Below, in pieces: positions 15,548 to 22,115 of a stretch of DNA of 22,115 bases (the stretch's first letter is position 1; every line of letters begins with the position of its first letter). The translations under genes and the position numbers were made by a program. This stretch comes from Bdellovibrio sp. (GTDB taxonomy: Bacteria > Bdellovibrionota > Bdellovibrionia > Bdellovibrionales > Bdellovibrionaceae): the NCBI GenBank assembly GCA_046318155.1, contig JBKCUU010000026.1, positions 1-22,115 on the forward strand, read 5' to 3'. The notes beneath the pieces are model-generated. The model had not been told where the DNA came from and did not search any database. It saw only the letters and a list, made by a program, of their open reading frames with translations.

Positions 15548-16102
15548 ATGAAGCAAACCCCTCGTCAGATACTCATGATTTGTTTAACTGTCCTGGCTTT
15601 TGAGGCCTCAGCAAATGGCCGAATCGAGCCAAAGACTTTGTGGCCCTCCCAGCCAATTGTGCAGGCGCGGGACTGTGTCCTTGTGCTCATCGCGCCCAAA
15701 ATGCATGTTCTGCTTAAGCCCGAGATCGACCGTCCCGTCATTCGCCCCGAAACTTCGACGGCGCTTAAAGACTATCAAGACTCGATCGAAAAATTTTGGG
15801 ACTGGCGTCCAGACGCTTTTTTGAACGTCTTTGTTCCGCTGAAAAACGAGATTTTTCTTTTTACTGAAGTTGGCTATTATCGATCTCGAGGTCGAAGTAT
15901 TTTTGATTCTCTCGCGCATGAGCTCGCGCACTATCTTCAGTTTACCTACAGAGGCGCCGATATGGCCGACGAATCGCTGGAGGGCGAGGCCGTGCAGGTG
16001 CAGACCTGGTTTCGTGAAACTTACCGAGCCCAGTTTCAAGGAGATGAGTTTGTCTGTCCAATCTCCACGGACTCAGAGAAAACAAGCCATTCAGGAAATT
16101 GA
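15548..16102 (+). CDS. Secreted protein with HExxH zinc-metallopeptidase motif
   Basis: Signal peptide ending ASA; SLAHELAHYLQ and downstream E.EA; ATG 15548 preferred over the track start 15506. Confidence 0.7.
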   Translation: MKQTPRQILMICLTVLAFEASANGRIEPKTLWPSQPIVQARDCVLVLIAPKMHVLLKPEIDRPVIRPETSTALKDYQDSIEKFWDWRPDAFLNVFVPLKNEIFLFTEVGYYRSRGRSIFDSLAHELAHYLQFTYRGADMADESLEGEAVQVQTWFRETYRAQFQGDEFVCPISTDSEKTSHSGN

Positions 16103-16112
16103 CTGAGGGAAT

Positions 16113-16205
<93 letters not shown>

Positions 16206-16271
16206 GCAGGTCAGATCCAAAGCTTGGACTTCATTCTTGCCATGCGCATTGAATCAAAGCAAGCCGCGACG

Positions 16272-16862
16272 TTAGCGGTAATTTTCTGGAAAGATTTCGC
16301 GCTCAACAGTCTCGATCACCGTGTGAATCAACTTAATATGCATCTCTTGGATCCGGTCACTGGTTTCGGCCGGGATGACAATCGCGAGATCCGCCATCTC
16401 TTTGAGCTTGCCGCCGCCTTTACCCAAAAGAGCAATGGTCTTTACTCCTTTAGCTTTGGCCGCCAAGAATGCCTGTATGACATTCTCAGAATTTCCGCTG
16501 GTTGAGAGGCCAATCAGAGCGTCGCCAGGGCGGGCAAGGCCTTCGATCTGGCGCGAGAAGATGTACTGAAAGCCATAATCATTTGAAACGCAGGTGACGT
16601 GGCTGGCGTCGCCCAGCGCTAAGGCACCCAAGGGCTTTCGGTCTTTGCGGTACCGACCGGTCATCTCCTCGGCAAAATGCATAGCGTCACAGTGCGAGCC
16701 GCCGTTGCCGCAAGAAAAGACATTTCCGCCTTTTTTGAAAGTCTCAATCAGAACCTGCGAAAACTGAACGCATTTTTCAATTTGCTCAGGGCTTTTCATG
16801 AAGTCGTTGATCGTTTTTTGGGCCTCGTTGAAGCAGTTCACCCAAACATCTTGAGGTTTCAT
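16272..16862 (-). CDS. gmhA: Phosphoheptose isomerase
   Basis: CGNGGS..DAMHFAEE, SNDYGF, LSTSGNS.NV, DRIQEMH; GGAGG RBS before ATG 16862. Confidence 0.96.
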   Translation of the reverse strand: MKPQDVWVNCFNEAQKTINDFMKSPEQIEKCVQFSQVLIETFKKGGNVFSCGNGGSHCDAMHFAEEMTGRYRKDRKPLGALALGDASHVTCVSNDYGFQYIFSRQIEGLARPGDALIGLSTSGNSENVIQAFLAAKAKGVKTIALLGKGGGKLKEMADLAIVIPAETSDRIQEMHIKLIHTVIETVEREIFPENYR

Positions 16863-16957
16863 AGATCCTCCCATTCTGATCGAAGATAAACATTTTGCAT
16901 CGAATTGGCAAAACCTTGATTTCCACAGAGCTTTCCACTAGCTTGCCGAATCTACGT

Positions 16958-17034
16958 GCAGTCGTAGCTCAGCTGGATAGAGTACCTGACTACGAATCAG
17001 GTGGTCGGAGGTTCGAATCCTCCCGTCTGCACCA
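16958..17034 (+). tRNA. tRNA-Arg(ACG)
   Basis: TAGCTCAGCTGGATAGAG D-arm, CTACGAA loop, GGTTCGAATCC, CCA end. Confidence 0.97.
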
Positions 17035-17062
17035 ATTCTTTCCCTTCAAAAGCCAAATCACC

Positions 17063-17320
17063 ATGCAAAAAAATGCCGCAAATCCCAGACAGCTCTACTT
17101 CTGGATGCGCGTGGGTCTTATGGTCCTGGCGCTGGTGGGGATTTTTTGGCTGATGACCTACTTTCAGTCGGGGGAGTTTGAAGCGTCACCCAATGTCCAA
17201 GGTCTGATGAATCCGGAAGGCTCGCCCGTTGTTCAAGAGCGCCGCGCTCGTCTGGTCATCGAGACGCCCAGCACAAGCCCGACTCCCGCAGCAGATGCCG
17301 GACCTACAAAGGATCGTTGA
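17063..17320 (+). CDS. Small single-transmembrane hypothetical protein
   Basis: ATG 17063; one hydrophobic segment; Pro/Thr-rich tail. Confidence 0.6.
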   Translation: MQKNAANPRQLYFWMRVGLMVLALVGIFWLMTYFQSGEFEASPNVQGLMNPEGSPVVQERRARLVIETPSTSPTPAADAGPTKDR

Positions 17321-17361
17321 CGAGCCGTTCGGTTTTGAATAATTTGTTGGTTCCTCAGAGT

Positions 17362-17437
17362 TCAGGAGTAGCTCAGTTGGTAGAGCAAGCGGCTGTTAAC
17401 CGCTTGGTCGGGGGTTCGAGTCCCTCCTCCTGAGCCA
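17362..17437 (+). tRNA. tRNA-Asn(GTT)
   Basis: TCAGGAG/CTCCTGA acceptor, CTGTTAA loop, GGTTCGAGTCC, CCA; upstream TTGACG-N17-TAATTT. Confidence 0.97.
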
Positions 17438-17555
17438 ATTGTATCAGGTTGTTAGTTTCTAGAACGTCCCAAAAAAACTAGACCACCCAGCACAAAAACT
17501 CGGGCTTAGAAAGCCCATTGTCCCGACTTAAAATGCTTTGCGAAACAAAGCTGTA

Positions 17556-17660
17556 AGTCCAATTACCTTTGATGAACTTACGTTGACGTAAAAACGCGAC
17601 GATTTAATGCGCTCTATGGAAAACACATTTAGATATTTTGGCGGGGTCATCAAAGAATAG
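17556..17660 (+). pseudogene. IS21-family IstA transposase relic (not in ORF track)
   Basis: Frame reads SPITFDELTLT*KRDDLMRSMENTFRYFGGVIKE*, matching the IstA E.T.TQ....(AF).YFGGVP segment with Q changed to a stop. Confidence 0.6.
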
Positions 17661-17984
17661 ATGGATTCAGGCGATCAAATCATGAAGAAGTCTGCCTCTG
17701 ATGACCGAAGAAAAAGACTTCAGATTTTTAGTCAAAAGTTGGTTTCTACATGAATTGAGCTAAAAACTTGCAGAGAATTGGGCTGTTTTTAAAAAACCTA
17801 TTTAAGTCAAAAACTTACGTCTAATATCGATTTGTCGTTGTTGCCGCTAAATGAAGTGGAACGCAAGGTGGAAGTCGTGCCCCTCTGGGCCGATTGCAAG
17901 TCTGGACCGGGCCTTGGTCAGGGCGAGCTCTAACTTAGTGTTAACAGGCGCAAATTTTTGAGAACATGTGGTGTGGAGAAGCAC

Positions 17985-18503
17985 ATGAAAAATTCGGCTT
18001 TGGCTTTTTGTTTTGGTGTCATCCTAACCGCGGCTTTTTTTGTTTTGTTTAAAACGGCCGGACCACACCAGCAGGGTGATCATGTTGAAACGAAGGCTGC
18101 GGGTTCGTACAACAGCTGTTCTCAGTTTTGTAACGACAGGCCTGACTTGTTGCCGCCACCTGAGTTTTCTAAATCAATGCCAGAAAAAGTGAAGCCCGAC
18201 TTAGACAATGGAATTCTTGTCAAATGGGAGCCGGTACCTAATGCCGTTCGCTACCGCGTGATTTTGTTAGACAAAAATGGTGAGCGGTTTAAATCAGCTT
18301 CTACTCAGCGCGCCTTTATGTATTTACCTAATCTACCGAGAGCCGAAAAAAACCAAGATCTCGAGTTTTCTGTGGCACTTGCGAGTATTGATAAAAATGA
18401 TCAAGAGGGACGCATGGGTGAACGCAAAAAGTTCACTGTGCGGGCGGGCGATCCTTTAGCTGGCGCTCCAAAAATTAAAGAAATCAAAGTCGAGGACGAA
18501 TAA
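17985..18503 (+). CDS. Membrane-anchored or exported protein with an FN3-like domain
   Basis: GGAG RBS, N-terminal hydrophobic segment, V.WEPVPNAVRYRV ... VALASID..G..G FN3 pattern. Confidence 0.75.
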   Translation: MKNSALAFCFGVILTAAFFVLFKTAGPHQQGDHVETKAAGSYNSCSQFCNDRPDLLPPPEFSKSMPEKVKPDLDNGILVKWEPVPNAVRYRVILLDKNGERFKSASTQRAFMYLPNLPRAEKNQDLEFSVALASIDKNDQEGRMGERKKFTVRAGDPLAGAPKIKEIKVEDE

Positions 18504-18507
18504 AACT

Positions 18508-20463
18508 TTGCTTTATTGGAGTCGTCTTTTTTTCTTGCTGCTGTTTTTGTTAAATCTAACCTTGGGTTTGAGTCCCGCTTTTGCTCAAGAAGAAAAAACT
18601 CAAGGCCCTGTAGCCACAACAGACACAACCGTGGCAGCCGAGGCCGCGGTCGTCAGCAAAGAAAGCCTACCTGCTAGAACGGTTTATCTTGCGGTCGAAA
18701 AAGTTCAGGCCGCTGATCGCTACCAAGTGCAGGTCTTGCCCGTTGACCAACAATGGGCCAACGAATATAGAACCGAGTTTAAGACGGAGCAAATTCGAAT
18801 GCGACTAACGCCAGGACACTACCGGCTTCGAGTCCGCTCTGTCGATAAAAGAAATCGCCCTGGTCGCTGGGGCGAGTTTCAAAGCTTTTGGGTCAACTTT
18901 AAGCCACCCGACAAGGTCTTTCCACAGCCGAATCAAGAGCTTGAGGCCAAGGGTTCGAACAACGAAAAGATCACTTTTGAGTGGCCAAGCGTTTATGGAG
19001 CAAAGTTTTATGTTTTCAAGCTCAGAGATGAGTTCGGAAATTTAAAAAAAAATGTCCGCACAGATCAGACTTTTTTGACACAAGAGATTTCGGTCGACTC
19101 GAAATACACTTGGTCCCTAACCCCAATCATTGATATGAACTCGCCAGACCCCGAACATCAGACCTGGATGGGTTTTTCGTTGCTCGCCAAGCGCTCAAGC
19201 GTCCGCTCCGTTGTCTTAAATGTTGATCCGATTCGAAAAGCAATTAGTTATCAGTTCGAGTTTGTGAAGTTTTTAAATGACGATAAAACTTCAGAACCAT
19301 CGCTATTTGAATCAACAGATCCTGGGTTTCGCGCCAGACTGAGTGCTGGTGCCTATGAAATGCGGGTCCGCGCTGTTTACAAAAGCGGGGTCACGACAGA
19401 CTGGAGTAACCCGCAAAAGTTTTTTGTAGAAATGCCGATTCCAAAAATTATTGAGCCCAGATCCAATGCTCAGATTGATCCTACTGATGATGAAAAAGCC
19501 AAGGTCAGATTGCGCTGGGAAAAAATCGAAACCGCTTTTAAGTACGGTGTTGAAATTTATAATCAAGATGATAGCTCCCTGGTCCAAAGGCTCGAGTCTG
19601 ACACCGAAGAGCTTGACGTTTTTCTTGCGCACAATGCCCGCTATCTCTGGAAAGTCAGGGCTTACAACAAATTTGAAAAACCAAGAAATCCCGCCGGAGT
19701 TGATAGCAAAAATGATACTCCCGGAGAGGGCTTTGGAATAAGCACTTATATTCCTTTAAAGCTGTCGAGCGGCGAAGAGCCCTCACAAAAGTACGCTTGG
19801 ACCCGATACATTGTTTCAAACGAACAACTTCTCACCAGGAATTACGACAACAACAATAAGGTGCAGCAAACCGTTCTTGGTGGCAGCGGAGAAGTGGCCT
19901 ATGGAAATTGGTGGCGCAAGACCGGGTATGGTATGCTGGGGACCTTGGCCTATTCTGGCTTTAGGAATAGTTCGCAAAACTACACCTATGCCATGGGAAG
20001 CGTTATGCTTGGCCGTCGGTATCTGCTGGCTGACGAATACCGCCTCAGGCTCTGGGGCGGCCTTGGCTATAAAGAGTTGCCCGAGGTCACCATAGATCCC
20101 ACGAGAGGCAATGCCGTTGCGGGAGAAAAAATAGCCTCCTTCGGTCCTGAATTGAAATTCTCCATCATTAAAGAACTGTCTTCTAACATTGGTGGTTATC
20201 TTAATGGCGGCATTTACTATAGCGCACTTAGCGTGAAAACCCCCAATGAGCTAGCCCAACTTCCCCAGTTCTCTTATCATCTAGGTTTATCAGGTACTCT
20301 GCGCCTGACGGATAGCATCGTTGGAACTCTTGGCTATACTTATCAAGTCGAAAAAGCGGCCTACCGTGCGCGATCCGTTTCGAGTGAAAACAACAGTGTT
20401 CAGATTTCGGGAAATTTCTTAAGCCTATCGTTGCAGTTTGGCCTAGAAAAAACAGAAAAATAG
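18508..20463 (+). CDS. Exported multi-FN3-like protein with probable C-terminal beta-barrel
   Basis: Signal peptide ending AFA; repeated W..V.GA..Y / GxYxxRVRxV..W units; C-terminal alternating aromatic strands ending SLSLQFG. Confidence 0.75.
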   Translation: MLYWSRLFFLLLFLLNLTLGLSPAFAQEEKTQGPVATTDTTVAAEAAVVSKESLPARTVYLAVEKVQAADRYQVQVLPVDQQWANEYRTEFKTEQIRMRLTPGHYRLRVRSVDKRNRPGRWGEFQSFWVNFKPPDKVFPQPNQELEAKGSNNEKITFEWPSVYGAKFYVFKLRDEFGNLKKNVRTDQTFLTQEISVDSKYTWSLTPIIDMNSPDPEHQTWMGFSLLAKRSSVRSVVLNVDPIRKAISYQFEFVKFLNDDKTSEPSLFESTDPGFRARLSAGAYEMRVRAVYKSGVTTDWSNPQKFFVEMPIPKIIEPRSNAQIDPTDDEKAKVRLRWEKIETAFKYGVEIYNQDDSSLVQRLESDTEELDVFLAHNARYLWKVRAYNKFEKPRNPAGVDSKNDTPGEGFGISTYIPLKLSSGEEPSQKYAWTRYIVSNEQLLTRNYDNNNKVQQTVLGGSGEVAYGNWWRKTGYGMLGTLAYSGFRNSSQNYTYAMGSVMLGRRYLLADEYRLRLWGGLGYKELPEVTIDPTRGNAVAGEKIASFGPELKFSIIKELSSNIGGYLNGGIYYSALSVKTPNELAQLPQFSYHLGLSGTLRLTDSIVGTLGYTYQVEKAAYRARSVSSENNSVQISGNFLSLSLQFGLEKTEK

Positions 20464-20467
20464 TCGC

Positions 20468-20998
20468 CTAATTTGTGTCAAAATTTTTCCATTCAATTTT
20501 TTTATCCGCCAAAGCTTTGTCCATATACCTTTGAAAATAGAGTTCTCGCTTTTGCTCTTTCATGTTGCCGATGACATTGTTCAGTTGATCGTTCGAAATT
20601 TTTTTTGGATCAAGCCTGAGGGACCTTAAAAAGTCAGCGAGCTCTTCTTTACTGATATCAACGCTGGCCTCAGATTTTATTTTTTGAATAAACTCAGCTG
20701 GGGCTTTTCCGTCTTTTTGAGCCAGCTCTTTGATAAGATTTTCTTTGATCGTGTTTAAAGCCCGTTGTTGCTTGTACCTTATGGTATTACCCGCTTTTTC
20801 TTGTTCGCTCATATTAACTTCGGCATCGCGCAAGGTAATTGGTTGGCCTTGATAGCTGCCAATGACCGGATCTGAATCTAGTCGGTTTTTTAAATGGTAT
20901 TTGTAAAACAAAAAAGCTGAAACGCACAGGGCTAAAGCCGTGGGAAGAACTCGTTTTAAAAAAAGCTGTTTAGAAAATTGTTCCGCCAAAATTTGCAC
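20468..20998 (-). CDS. Membrane-anchored helical protein (SurA/foldase N-domain-like)
   Basis: One transmembrane segment then VIG.Y.G.PIT..D, L...I.E.LI..A, IS.EE...F; no catalytic domain seen. Confidence 0.55.
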   Translation of the reverse strand: MQILAEQFSKQLFLKRVLPTALALCVSAFLFYKYHLKNRLDSDPVIGSYQGQPITLRDAEVNMSEQEKAGNTIRYKQQRALNTIKENLIKELAQKDGKAPAEFIQKIKSEASVDISKEELADFLRSLRLDPKKISNDQLNNVIGNMKEQKRELYFQRYMDKALADKKIEWKNFDTN

Positions 20999-22115
20999 CT
21001 GCTCCGATTGTTACCGTATTGACCATAAGAATATTACCGCCACCACCACGTGTAAAGCTTGAGCTGTTTAAGATCATATCTTGGAATTGGACAGTCCCAA
21101 GGCCTGCCACGCAGCTGATGGTGTTCGCAGCGCTGGCTGCCGTCAAGGTCGAGCCCGTCGCAGTTCCGAAGGTCATGCCTACTCCGGGATTGCCGGTTAA
21201 TGAGAGCGTCGTTCCAGCGCCCGTGACAGTGACATTACCCCTTGTTACGGCGGTTGCATTCGTGCTGGTATTGCTAATTGTGGTCGCGCCGCCGCCCATA
21301 ATGACCAGGGCATAGGTGTCGGCACCGCTTGAGCTTGTTCCCGTGTAGGTGACGGCCGTGCCTGTGCCGGTGATATTAAATGTTCCTCCAGAGATTGTCG
21401 AAACCGCGGTGTTTGCAAAGGTCAAAACCCCGCCGACGCGCATGGTTCCCGAGAGGGTATAGGCAGTCGCGCTGCCGCTTGCAAAGGTGACATTGTTTAG
21501 AGCTTGCGCTCCTGTGTCTGTGATTGTGGCAGCCGCGGCCTTTCTAAAAGTTAAAGTTGAGCCCGCGGCCGAGATTGTTCCTGCTGTATAGGTATAGTTA
21601 TTACCTAAAGCAATATTCCCTGAAAGAGTGACTGTATTTGTAGAGTTGATTGTCAGATTTGGAATTCTTGAAGTTGCGCCGCCACCTGTGATGGTTTGTG
21701 CTGAAGCGCCAGTTACATTCACAACTGTTGTCCCAGTATAAGTTGATGCAGAGGCCGTCCCAACGGTAATTCCTGCCCGAGAGTTGATCGTTCCACCAGT
21801 CATGGTCACCGCAAAGCCAGCTCCGCCCTGATTAAATGAGAGCAAGCCTTGCGAGTTTAGCGTTGCTCCATTGATGGTAATCGCTGCCGTTGGTGCAAAG
21901 GTCACTGTTCCTGCTACATCTGTTGTGCCAGAGAAGGTGACTGTGTTGCTGCCGCTTAAGTTTAATCGAGGAATCGTTGCTCCAAGACCACCGCCTGTGA
22001 TGGTTTGTGCCGTTGCTCCTGTCACATCCACAACTGTTGTTCCACTGTAGTTTGTCGTTGTGGCAGAAATGGTCGTCCCAGCTCGCGAGTTAATTGTACC
22101 GCCAGTCATCGTCAC
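20970..22115 (-). CDS. C-terminal part of a large Gly/Thr-rich beta-strand-repeat surface protein (partial)
   Basis: Open to the window edge; G/T/A/N-rich; repeat MTGGTINSRAG...GTTVV.VTGA.AQTITGGG with a 102-aa period. Confidence 0.85.
   Translation of the reverse strand: MTMTGGTINSRAGTTISATTTNYSGTTVVDVTGATAQTITGGGLGATIPRLNLSGSNTVTFSGTTDVAGTVTFAPTAAITINGATLNSQGLLSFNQGGAGFAVTMTGGTINSRAGITVGTASASTYTGTTVVNVTGASAQTITGGGATSRIPNLTINSTNTVTLSGNIALGNNYTYTAGTISAAGSTLTFRKAAAATITDTGAQALNNVTFASGSATAYTLSGTMRVGGVLTFANTAVSTISGGTFNITGTGTAVTYTGTSSSGADTYALVIMGGGATTISNTSTNATAVTRGNVTVTGAGTTLSLTGNPGVGMTFGTATGSTLTAASAANTISCVAGLGTVQFQDMILNSSSFTRGGGGNILMVNTVTIGAGANFGGTIF

Noticed and set aside
16919..16940. TTTCCACA/TTTCCACT pair as DnaA boxes
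   Set aside because: Mismatched to TTATCCACA, only two copies, and they lie within the tRNA-Arg promoter spacer.
16895..17062. N-terminal extension of the 141-aa ORF
   Set aside because: Runs through tRNA-Arg; ATG 17063 is the plausible start.

Overview
Bacterial chromosomal window, probably Bdellovibrionota-like (inferred from the FQNCG-type lipoprotein and many secreted hypothetical proteins). About 1-7000 is an AT-richer accessory region. It holds an IS3-family element inserted into an IS66-like remnant, a SOUL heme-binding gene and a chimeric pseudogene. It also holds three toxin-first type II toxin-antitoxin (TA) modules. Two of these head a tandemly repeated ~2 kb unit: [~93-bp inverted-repeat site]-higB-higA-lytic transglycosylase-like gene-lipoprotein gene. 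The inverted-repeat sites contain an IHF consensus and a core resembling a tRNA-Ser 3' end (CTCTCCGCCA). The same core recurs at ~6964, where the second unit is cut off and housekeeping genes begin, which suggests an att-site-delimited cassette array. About 7000-17440 is mostly core genes (yqhA-like, msrB, C26 peptidase, DUF962, M23 peptidase, guaD, ptrB, rhomboid, gmhA) plus tRNA-Ser(GCT), tRNA-Arg(ACG) and tRNA-Asn(GTT). After tRNA-Asn come a small IS21-like transposase relic, FN3/beta-barrel surface-protein genes and the 3' end of a large Gly/Thr-rich repeat protein. All family assignments come from motif recognition by eye, not from database searches.
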